From Takakia lepidozioides (Eukaryota; Plantae; Bryophyta), in assembly GCA_030704615.1 (NCBI GenBank), contig CM060732.1, forward strand, positions 72,478,001 through 72,542,000: 64,000 nucleotides of DNA, read 5' to 3'. The notes under the pieces are model-generated. The model did no database searches. It was given only the letters and a program-made list of their open reading frames with translations, and was not told the DNA's origin. Below, in pieces: positions 53,500 through 64,000 of this stretch (the first letter of the stretch is position 1; each line of letters begins with the position of its first letter). The position numbers and the translations under genes are program-made.

Positions 53500-56400
53500 T
53501 TTTATTTTATTTTTTATAGGAACCCGGGCGGGTGGGGGTATCCCCTGAATGAGGCAAGATCAAACTAACCCTGTGCTGAACAATTGTATCAAATGCAATT
53601 GTTTTGTAAAAGTTATTTGATCTACAAATTTCAATGCCATGTGCAATATATAGAGGTGCGAATATAACGTAAAAGTACCGGTAATTATTCAAACAGGGGT
53701 GGTGATAGTATCTGCAAAGTATCTTTCAAGTGCGCTTTAGATATAGGATCTCTAGCTCGTTTGTGACGCCACTTGAAATCGGTCTCCTCCCCATCATTAG
53801 GGGACTTCCCATTGAGCGGGGATGGATTCCTGCCATTGAATACGTAAGTTGGGAAGACAAGCTCCGAACATGTCACTTTTACCCCAGGTGCTCGCGAAAT
53901 CTTAGAGCAGCTTCTTCCCCCTATGCTCTGAAGTTCTGGGAATAGCTGCACAAACAACTCCCCATGTCTTCCTCCCCCTAGTAAGCAAATCAAGGTAAGT
54001 ATGATACAAAATTGATCTGCCCCTGGGTGGCTTACCCTCATAAACCCAAGCACATCTAGCTTTCCACAAATTCCATAATGTAAGGGCCCTTAGTGCAGCC
54101 CAAACAGGACAAGAAGAGGGAGGATGGTCAGGCAAACTGTTGAGAAGTAGCAGGGAAGAGGGTGGTGGGAAGGGAAGAGGGGCCCAATGTGAGTATCTAG
54201 AAAGATAAGACCATTCGCCATACCCTAGAGGCCAGATGACAGTCTGTCAGGCAGTGCTCTATTGTTTCTGGTTCTGTTTGACGAATAGAGCAGGTAGGCA
54301 GATCTTCATGTGTGGCTTGTCTGACTGGAAGAACCTTGTGTGTCAGTTTCCAAAGAAAGGCTGAGACCTTTGCGGCACGATCCTCTCTCCAGATATCCTT
54401 CGAGATGGCATCCTAGTTCCTTTGTGTGAGCTTGTGATTATCCCATTTCGATCTCCAGTTTCCGAAGGAATGAGCGAGCTGGGTTGAGAATGGAGTAGCC
54501 CATCTTTACCAAGTAAGCAAAGAAAGATGAGTGTTTAGCATCCATCCACCTCCACTCCCCTGGATCAAACTGGAGATCCTGCAGGGGGGCAGTTAGAAAC
54601 CAGTATAGAGATATATGATAAGCCCACTGGACTTCCTGGTTCAACAGTGGGATTGGGTTAGCATTACCCTTGTAGTCCAACACCCGAATGTGATAAAGGA
54701 ATTGCATCTGCAGGTCAATGTTGCCACGGAAGTCCAGGGAGCCTTCACAGTCAGCTCTGAAGTGCAGACCCGATGCCATTCCTCCAATTATAGAAAGAAT
54801 CGGTATGACATATTGTCCATCTCCCTGCCGAGAGGCCATCCAAGCTGGTGTATTGCATAGCCCATTATTGTCTGACAGCAACGGATACATATATTGTGGG
54901 ATGTTTGCAAGGATGGTATTCCAAGCACTTTCCCTTCTTCCTCCCACAACCTGGACCACTTCTGCTTGCGAGAGGAACTGCCAGGTTGGTTTTGCAAGCT
55001 AGCAATGTGTGTGAAGCCTTCACCTTCCCAGAAGGCCCATCTTGGGGTTTGTCTTAGCAAGATTTCACAGTCCAAGTTGTAATTGGCAAAGATTGGTTGC
55101 CGCAAGCACTCCGGTCTGTTATTTGGCATTCTTTGAAAAAAATCCCCGTAGGGTATGCTGTGTCTTCCACATTGCTTGCAAGTGGTAATATTTGGAAGTG
55201 ACCTCCCCTTGGAAGAGCCCTGGTCTCCTGGGATCAACTGTATCACAAAAAAAAGGCAAGGGAGGACTATGGATCATTGACCCAAGTAAGCAGTATAAAG
55301 GCCTTATTGGCAAAATGGATCCCAAGGGCAATCAGGCACAGGCATAGCCCATGGAGCAAGCTAGTACAACCCTACCTCATGGGGGAAATTCCATCCTCCT
55401 CTCCGCGTTGGGCTCACTCCCTGAGATGGGTGGTGCAAGGCAAAAACTCAAACAACACACTGGGTGTCGAAAATTCTGAGAAAATAAAATTTAGAATATA
55501 TTTAGAAATACTATAGGGTACTAATATATTGGCTGCACCACATTTAAATTAAAATAGGGTCCAAAATAAAGACGGATTCTTCAAAAAAATTAAAACTAAT
55601 ATAGGGTGGAGATAAATTAAAGGGACACGTGTCGATCAGTGACACGCATCGGAGAGGGTGTAGGTGCATGTGCACAACAACCCTAGGCTTCCCTCTCTCT
55701 TGTTGGCTGCAATTCGTGTTGACATTGTGCTAGACAGACAGAAAGAAAGGGTTGTGCGCTTAGTGGTGCAAGCATTGTGGCCCACAGGTTTTGAAGCTTG
55801 CAGAGCATGACAATGGAGAAGCGTAGATTGAGGGGGAAAGATGGCAACACAAGCATGGCGGCCCATAGGTTTTGAGGGACATGGTGGATAGGCAGAATAC
55901 AAAAAATGAGAAGAAAGGTAGGGAGCAGGTGGGAGGTCTCTCGACAACCAGTTGATCTCCTTAATAAGCCAAGCCACAACAATCATGGTGCTTCTCAACT
56001 ACTTCTCAAAATCTAGAGGGCATATGAAATTCAAATATGATGTAACTGACAGCAAGTGGATAGACATAAATTTGATTATTAGTTCAATTACTATGAGATT
56101 TGATTTTGCTCAGGACCTTTATACTTTAAATGATGCTGATGCATCTACTTTGGATAAATTTGTTTCCAGCAAATAAAAAATTCATTACCCCGTAATGTTT
56201 TTAAAAAAAACTCAGGTTAATATAGGGTGTCCAATATTTGTTACCTGCTATAAAATATAAATAATATAGCCTACAAGAAAATATGTCATATTACAAAATT
56301 ATGTAATAATAGGGTGGCCAAAAATTCAGAAAATAAAATTAATACCCCCATAGAAAATGCCTATTTGCCTCATGTGCCTAGGAAACTAGATAGGGAGTGA

Positions 56401-59400
56401 CCTCCCCGAGGGCTCTTCTTGCAGGGGTGGCGGGTGAGGCTCCCCACATGAAGTTTTGAATTAGTGCCTTGATTTCCCTGGACACGCATATCTGCAGTTC
56501 CCAAACAACGGCGAAAAACCAGATTGATGCCAGCAAGACTTGGTTGACAAGTATGGCTTGTTCTGCTATTGAGAGCATGGCATGCTCTCAATAGCAGGAC
56601 GAGCCCCATGAAGCCAACATTTTCTTAAGTGTGGAGATGACTTCTCTCATGGTACTTTATGGGGAGAGGTTGAGACCCATTTGATGTCCCATCAAAGTAT
56701 GGGATTCTTCTTCATGCAACCACCTTAGCCCAATCTCCTCACTACCAAGTTTCACAGTGCGCATCAGTTGCCTCATTTTGCAGTTTGGACGTACAAGATC
56801 CCTATAGATTTCCTCCAATTCACCTTAAGTCCAGATGCTTGACAGAAGGTATGTAGGGCCTGTAGTGCTCTGTCAATGTTTTGTCTACATGAATTATCTA
56901 ACAGAATGACTTGTGTCATCTGCGTACGTAGAAATCTTTAGCATCTCTTCATGAAAAATATGCAGATGAAGCCCCACAATATCATGCCTGTAATCCAGCA
57001 GATGGCCTAGGGAGTCCGCTGCGATAAGGAAGAGAAAAGGGGCAAGTGGGCATCCTTGTCTCACTGACCTAGACATAGGGAATGGTTGAGATATCACCCC
57101 ATTGACCATGACTCTGCTTGAGGCCGAGTGGAGCAGAATTTGAACCCATGTGAGGAAGGAGCCTGTGAGCCCAGATCATTGCTTGCGTGAGGAATTCCCA
57201 ATCAATGGAGTCAAATGCCTTCTCAAAGTCCAACATGAGGAAGGCTGGAGGTTATGATTTACCATAGCTCGATGGAGTGCCTCGTGAGCCAGTAATATGT
57301 TGTCCAAAATCATACGATCTTTTAAGAAGCCGGTTTGATCCTTTCTGATAATCCTGGGCAACAACGGCTACAGCCTCAAGGCAAGTGCCTTCGCAATGAT
57401 TTTGTAAGTGGAATTGAGTAATGTTATCGGTCGGTAGTTGGCCATGGTGTCTCTATCTCCTTTCTTGAAAATCAGAGTTATCAGGGCTTCGGAGATCTGA
57501 GATGGCATCAGTTTCTTGTCCAAAATGTCGTTGGCCATTAACATGAACTCGTCCCCTATTGTTTGCCACAGTGCCTTGAAGAACTCAATTGGCAATCCGT
57601 CAAGGCTTGGAGATTTCCTGGAGGCCATGGATTCTACTGCTTTACCCAACTCTTCCATGGTAAATGGAGCTGTAAGGGTGTTTTTTCAGCCTCCGAAAGA
57701 GCACATGGGATCCTTTGTATCAGGGCAGCCCTGGCTTGATCTCTGGAATCCGACTGTGGCAGTCTTTGAAACATACGCTTGAAGTAGGTTGCTGCTATGG
57801 ATGCCATCTTCTTGGTGGGAATACCAGACTCCGAATCGGTCAATGCAGACACCAGGGTAGCAGCTCTTCTCTGTGCCGCTTTAGCAAAAAAGTACTTGTT
57901 CATTTTTTCGCCTTTCAGCGACCAGTTGGCCGGGCCTGCTTTAATCCTTATGAACTTCTCTTTGGCATGTAGGAGTAGTGAAAGATTCCTTTTGGCCATG
58001 TTGTAAGAAGCCATCGAACTAGGTCCTTCATGTCCTGATTGTGACTGGTACTGGCACACTTGAAGGCATTTTGTGAGCGCTTTTTGCTTTCAAGCGTTCT
58101 CCTCTATTTTTTTCCTTGAGATTTCTTGGCAGGACTTCCATAACCTCTGGAACTTTGGGAAAAACAACAGCATTGGTGAGGAGTAAGGCAGCACAATAGA
58201 TATCCAGGTAGTTACCAACTATTGGACCACCAAGGGGTCCTCCAAAATAGATGGGTTTAATCTGAAGAAGCCTCTCTCCCCTTATTCTGGAACCTGGTGT
58301 GCTAAGCTGTAGGAGGATGGCCCAATGACAAACCCTGGCTGGATTGGGTTGAGAGGTATCATCTTTGACCATTGCATGAGCGTAGCCGTACAATAGAATT
58401 TGTCCAGTCTGGCTTGACATACATCTGGAGGGTTTCTATTGTTTGTCCATGTGAACTTTAGCTCCCCTTGGGCTGGGACAGAGGTGTCAATTAGACACAC
58501 AACCATACATAGAGAATCCCAGGAGTTCCTTTCAGCGGTACTGGACAAACTATGGGCAGAGGGGCCACACCGGTCTGCCTCTTGTTCAACCATGTTGAAG
58601 TCACCGCCAACCAATGTTGTATATCTGAAGATTCGAGCAGCTTATTTCTGATGAGATCCCACATGGTCACTCTTCCTTCCTCAGAATTAGGGGCGTATAT
58701 GTTTAGCAAGCCCAACTTACCCAGAGATTGCCCCAAATTGAAAGAAATGAATTGCACTCTCCCCTGAACCCAGACCTCTTTTGACAGGACATACTGACTC
58801 AGAGCTGGGGAAAACAAAACAGTTGTTCCCCCCCCTAGAATATGCTACAGTGGGGTTCTATAAGGCACTTGCAACTGGCCAAATGGAGCCCCCAAGTGAG
58901 GTAATTTTTGCTTGGCCCAGCTTGTGCTCTTGGAGGAATATAAGGGAGCTTTTATCTACAAGTCCGAGGCCCACAGTCTGAGCCTAGCTCTTTTGGGGGT
59001 CGAGTGCTCAGAGCCCAAGCCTCTGACACTCCAGCTGCAAAAGGAAACATTCATGGGGGGAGAAGACTGAGGCCCATGGCAGGTCTATGATTTGATGGCC
59101 ATTTAGAGGTAAAGTGAAATTTTGTACGTCTGTTTGTGGAGACCCACTTAAAACCAGGTGGCGGCGGATGCAGCAGCGGGAGCTCCCAAAAAAAGACAAT
59201 TTTGGATCTTTTTTTTAATTGTTGTGCCCCAACTGTATAAATTGATTTATACTATTTTGTGTATAGAGAGACCATCTGAGGAGAGATTCCATGTCACACT
59301 AGCAGACAGAAAGAGGACTGCAAAGGGGGAGGGAGGGGGGTTGGAGCTGTCTCCCCTACCAGGGAGGGTCTCAGATTATCAGGGTGACCATCCAGGACCA

Positions 59401-60700
59401 AGGTCCACACCCGTATTTGGTCAGAGACTTGAGGCACAAAAAAGATGAGGGGGGAGACCTGAATAGATGGGGGGTTGGGGGTGGGGGTGGGGGAGGAGAG
59501 GGGGGTGGGGGGGAAGTAAGCATGAGCAGTCATGCTTACCGGTGGAGGGGAGTCAACCATCTCTTCTGGAAGCAGGAAGTTGATTGCTAGATCAGGAGCA
59601 GCGGCGCTCGAGGAAGCGATAAATTGGTTGTCCACATGTAACACCAACTCCCTGTTGTTGTTGGTACCCTGCTAGGGGGTTTCCTCCTTGTGTTTTTGCA
59701 GCATGTTGTAGTGCTCATCTACCAGCTTGAGTCTTTTGTTGAAGATCATTTTGCTGCGCGCCAGGTCATTGGGATCTTTAACCCTGTAAGACAAGTAAGC
59801 ATCTGACACCCTGCGCAGCCAAGTATTATGTGCCCCTATAGTATCCAAACCCTTACTATAAATGACTGGCAACGCATGGATGAACGCCATATTGGCATGG
59901 GAGTTGTCAACCAAGATGCCAATGTCTTGCATGCGAGGAGGAGGTGAGCTTCAGGTTTAACTTAGGGAACAATTCTTTGATGATACTTTGAGAGAGGCCC
60001 AGGAGCCTGCGAGCCTAGCACAGGCTCATGCCACGTCATCTTGCAATTAAGGAACTTACAGGGCCTATTTCCGTGGGAGGTGCCTAATTCCGCGGATGAA
60101 ATTATCCAGGATTGCTAGGATGAAGTTCTGATAAAGCCATTTGACTTGACACAAGCGAATACACGTCGTGTGTGTACGCACATATGTAGTTCCCACAGAT
60201 GTACGCACCCGATCACCACTGACAATGAATTAGGAAATGAAAATTGTCGTCAGGTTGCCCAGAAAATGGGCAATTGCATTAACCCTTTCCTGTCTACTAG
60301 TTTGTTGTTCAAAGGCAAGGTATAACCTGCCCTGAGTTCGAATTTCAGTGTAGTGCGGAGAGTAGGTAGACCCCCGAGGTCATCCATGTCCTCCCCTGTG
60401 TCACAAACTGGAAACAAGTTCAAGGAAGTTTCCCGCTAAACTTCATTGTCATTAGACTATTTTCTGCCATCAGACATGGCTTTGGACAGTAGAGCCTCCA
60501 AGAAATATCTATGCAAGAGGGTGAAGGCTTGCGGGGAAAGACGCAGTCCCTTGAGAACCTGCTATACTCTCTCCCGCCAGGACTCAGCCTAGTGCACAGA
60601 CAGGGCAATCCTAGTACGCTCACCCAAAGTTAGACGGAGTGACATTGAGGCTTAGACACATGAAAATCGCCCTTGGACACGTGAAATTTTCTGACACATG
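53500..60700 (-). mobile_element. Degenerate near-full-length L1-type LINE
   Basis: Endonuclease (LLNIYAPN, VGGDFNMVE, ARLDKFY; 58817-58282), RT (KSPSLDGLPIEFF, NYRPITLLNSTYKIIAKALA, SVRQGCPLAPFLF, YADDT; 57658-56894), C-terminal TLWNLWKARC, and an A-rich tail at about 53500-53517. Many frameshifts. The 5'/ORF1 boundary is approximate. Confidence 0.9.
55438..56370. mobile_element. AT-rich insertion in the LINE (probable non-autonomous DNA transposon)
   Basis: Interrupts LINE coding sequence. Short termini AGGCAAA...TTTGCCT flanked by CA/CA. Repeated (AAT)ATAGGGT motifs near both ends. Confidence 0.55.
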
Positions 60701-60958
60701 GAATAGACTGATTGAATAGACCCAAAAAAATGATGATCGTCAACGATCATCACTTTTTTTTTCTTTTTTTATTTTTTGGGAGAAAACGGGAAAAAAAAAA
60801 AAAAAAAAAAAAAAAAAACCCAAAAAAGTCAACGATCATCACTTTTGCTCTGTTTTGGCAGAAGTGACGATCGTTGACTATCATCACTTTATTGCTTTTT
60901 TTTTTGCTTTTTTTTTAAAGAAAAAACGGAAATCATTCATCACTTCTACTAGATGGAG

Positions 60959-61021
60959 TTTAGGGTTTATGATTTAGGGTTAGGGTTTGCGGATTAGGGT
61001 TAAGGTTAGGGTTTAGGGTTT
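60959..61021 (+). repeat. Short interstitial telomere-like tract (TTTAGGG/TTAGGG mix)
   Basis: TTTAGGGTTTATGATTTAGGGTTAGGGTTTGCGGATTAGGGTTAAGGTTAGGGTTTAGGGTTT. Confidence 0.8.
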
Positions 61022-61227
61022 GTTCCACTCCACCCCATGCGCCGACTTATCATATTTCAATTAGCTTAAGGCAGTAGATATATTCGCTAAAAATAAATAG
61101 ATTCTCTCATGCGGCCCCACACAAGCGGATATAGTGTCGTTATATAGTCATCCGCGGAAATACATCCCCTTTCTTAATTTTTGAAGACCATCCAGGCTTA
61201 GAATAATATATTATTGTTATTGTGGGC

Positions 61228-61470
61228 TCACGATTTTCCGCTCACGGCTTGGTGTCCCTCCTCCCTACGTTTGCATGCTATGAGAGCAAAAACCTCATCG
61301 TGATGCCAATTTGTCTGTCTCTGCCGTGAAGGACCCCTTCCTCCTCTTCCTCCCCCTTCTATTCCTCGCCCTCTTCCTCGCAATGGGATGAGACCTCTGG
61401 CACCGCTTTCAGAACGTTCAGAATTGTCTGTCTCCATCCTGCTGTTGTTTGAGTCTTCCTTGTTGGCCAT
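61228..61470 (-). pseudogene. Truncated Myb/SANT-like (trihelix or PIF/Harbinger ORF1) fragment
   Basis: MANKEDS...RGRGRG...RQRQTNWHHDEVFALIACKRREE resembles the first trihelix helix (W...E...LI), then stops. Confidence 0.55.
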
Positions 61471-61723
61471 TGTGCGTGCAAATGAGGAGGCGTGAGCGAG
61501 GAGGACCGAATGAGGAGTGGGAACTTGCAAATAGCTATCAGTCTGGATTTGGGAGTGATAGGATATTGACGGAGTTAGAAGCGGACTGCTAGATTTTAGA
61601 TCATTTTTATATCCCACCATTTTGTTATCACCATGAGTAATCGATAGTTACCACTAGGAGTTAGGTGCGTTGATAACGGTGCCACGTCGACAATATCCGT
61701 CGATAGCAGAATCAGGTCTGAAC

Positions 61724-62641
61724 CAGTGTTGTGCGGTCCGGGCGCGGGTTTTTTTCCAGAGCCAAGTCCGGGTCCGGATCCGGATCCGGGTTTTTGAAAT
61801 TTGGAAAATCCGGGTCCGGGTTCGGGTCCGGGTTTGTCAACACGGACTCGGGTTAGGGTCCGGGTAGTTGTTGGGAAATATTAGCGGGTTCACGGGTTCG
61901 GATCCGGGTCCTAATTTATTGATTAAATAAATTAGAAAAATAAGATTGATTAGGGATAAGATGTTTTTGGCTGGAAAAAACTTTAAATCCTAATAATAAA
62001 TTTTATTTTAAGAGACATTCCTTCAAAATATACCATGAATATGAATATGTATACCACAAATAAGAATTAAAATAGAAGTTTGAGTTGCATTTTCTATTTT
62101 TCAATATCAATTCTTTAAACATGTTAAGAATAGTAATATGCCTCAAGGGTAGATCACTATAGCATGGAGGTGTGGGATCTGGCCTAATAATAATATATGA
62201 CGCCTCCTTTGGGAGGTGTAAATTATGGTCCCATAGGGCACAACTTTGTGACACCACTCCGTGGATTGAACCCACAACCGCTTTTGAGGTGGTGTGTAGG
62301 CATTATCACTGGGCTATAACGTGGTGGGGTTGGCTGCTGCAGTGGCCTATTGCTGCTCGTCCCCTCCACACATATGACAAAACCTACCAAATCTAAGGTG
62401 GACCCCGCATGCCCCATCTAAAATTAAGACCCGGACCCTGACCCGCTACATTGGCCCGCGGATAGTGGGTTTAACGGGTCCTGGACCCAGCAGGCGGGTC
62501 CGGGTCCGGGTTCATTTTAGAAATGAACACGGGTCAGGGCCCGGGTTTTTTGTGATAGCACGGGTCCAGGTGCAGGTGCGGGTAACCCGGATCCTAACCC
62601 GCCGGGCACCCGCCTTCAAAACCCGGACCCGCACAACACTG
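61724..62641. mobile_element. Non-autonomous hAT DNA transposon
   Basis: TIRs CAGTGTTGTGCGG...CCGCACAACACTG, 8-bp TSD GTCTGAAC (61716-61723 and 62642-62649), and many subterminal CCGGGT/CCGGAT repeats. Confidence 0.92.
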
Positions 62642-62790
62642 GTCTGAACCCGGACCTGCACAACACTGGTCTGAACGTCGATGTCTTATTCTCAGTTTAT
62701 TGCACCTGCTATCTCTAGGTCTGAACGTACCTTTAGGGCCACACCACACTAGCGGCAAGGGGGGAGCGGTACTCAATTTCGGACCCTCCT

Positions 62791-62985
62791 ATTGGCTTAA
62801 GGGAGGACAGTGTGCCGCTCTGCCAGTGTAGGCTCAATCACTGACTACAGTGTGTGTGCCTAATGGTGTACCAAGGGGTTTTAATTTTTTCCTCAAGTAA
62901 TTCCAAATAAAATTAAAACCAGGGCCACTGTCCCCTGTTCTCTAAAAACATTAATAATTAAATAAAGTAAAATTTAAAAACAAAA
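62791..62985 (+). mobile_element. tRNA-derived SINE-like element
   Basis: A-box-like TGGCTTAAGGG, B-box-like GGCTCAATCA (62831-62840), a tail similar to 42193-42290, and an A-rich end. Confidence 0.55.
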
Positions 62986-63510
62986 ACATGAATTATCGTA
63001 TTTCTAACAATATTTCAAAGAGATCAATAATATACCCCCACGTGTACATACCAATACGTGGCAATCCAGGGTAAAGGTTGGGAACGTGGGAACTCATCCC
63101 GCGATGCAATGGACTCACTAACAATTCACTACTAGCCACTCGGGCTCACTGATCCTCTGACTACTCCATTCGTGACTGTAATTAAGTCACTAATCCACTC
63201 ACAAACCCTGGGGTGTTCACTAATCCATTCTCTCACCCTCTACACTGGGCTGGAGAGCTTTGCTTCTCCCAGCTCCTTTCTCTCTCGCACATCAGTCTGG
63301 TCCTCATAGCTTACGAGTGGTTCAGTCTAGCAACAGGAGCTTAGAACAATCCGCTTCATTTTTCTCGTTTGTTCTCTCTCTGTCTGTCTTTTTTTTGACT
63401 AGCTGGGTTGCTGCAGAGGTCGATATACATGCTATATTGTTTGGAGATACTTTCGCTGAGACGGAATTCACTCTCCTTCTAGCTCTAATCTCTCATAGGA
63501 AGTACAAGCA

Positions 63511-63717
63511 ATGTCGTCAGAGATTGCTCTTAAGGCAGTGGCGTTGACGCATGTGAGGTACACAGCTGGGGACGACTTCGGTCATGCACTGGCATGGGCA
63601 TCACTGCTGCCAGTATTCATTGGGTTGGGAGGATTTGTATCGCATTTTATTTTCCGGCGCGAGCTTCAGGGCCTGTGTTTTGGTATGGGATTGATTGTTT
63701 CGGAAATTATCAACCAG
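63511..63717 (+). CDS. LPPG: Lipid phosphate phosphatase gamma / dolichyl pyrophosphate phosphatase, first coding exon
   Basis: MSSEIALKAVALTHVRYTAGDDFGHALAWASLLPVFIGLGGFVSHFIFRRELQG... ends at a CAG|GTAC donor. The rest of the gene is beyond the window. Confidence 0.9.
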
Positions 63718-64000
63718 GTACTCATCGGGTTCTAACCTCTTCTTTCTAATGCTTTTATGTTTCGCTTGATGGGCATCTGTGTTTACCCCTGACTTTGTTC
63801 AACTGGAAGCTCCGTGACTTTGAGTTAGATTTTGGAGCTTATTTCTGTTATTCAAGTGGGTGCTTCAATGAGATCGTTGGTTTTCTCGAGGGTGAAGAGG
63901 GGGATTGCATTTCGCTGTGGAAGAAGAGGTTCCTGGAGAGAGGGAGACAGAAAATGAGGGCTTCTCAAATCCTAGTGTGAGAGCCCTAACTGAACAATCT

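Noticed and set aside
60959-61021. True telomere or chromosome fusion point
   Set aside because: Only about 60 bp, degenerate, single orientation, and embedded in TE-like DNA.

Overview
Eukaryotic nuclear DNA from a land plant. The PLS-PPR debris, the TE types and the lack of an intact miR164 site suggest a non-seed plant (inference). Four host genes are supported: a CUC/NAC1-type NAC factor (-, runs off the left edge), a stress-type ATAF/RD26-like NAC factor (-, 4 coding exons), a 13-exon glutamine-dependent NAD+ synthetase (-, one probable GC-AG intron), and the first exon of a lipid phosphate phosphatase gamma / dolichyl-PP phosphatase (+, right edge). The long NAC upstream regions hold GC-rich G-box/ABRE/CGCG islands and several fold-backs. 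About 24-32 kb and 41-63 kb are TE-rich: two hAT elements with exact 8-bp TSDs, a CACTA element with a 3-bp TSD, a Helitron, tRNA-derived SINEs, two L1-type LINEs (one with an internal inversion), and PPR/PDF-motif and tetraspanin pseudogene fragments. The most unusual item is a spliced, decayed gene at about 46.6-48.4 kb encoding a prokaryote-like beta-class amino-(N4C/N6A) DNA methyltransferase fold. It sits in TE-like DNA marked by a recurring CGTCAACG palindrome. All splice models and alignments were made by eye; no database searches were run.
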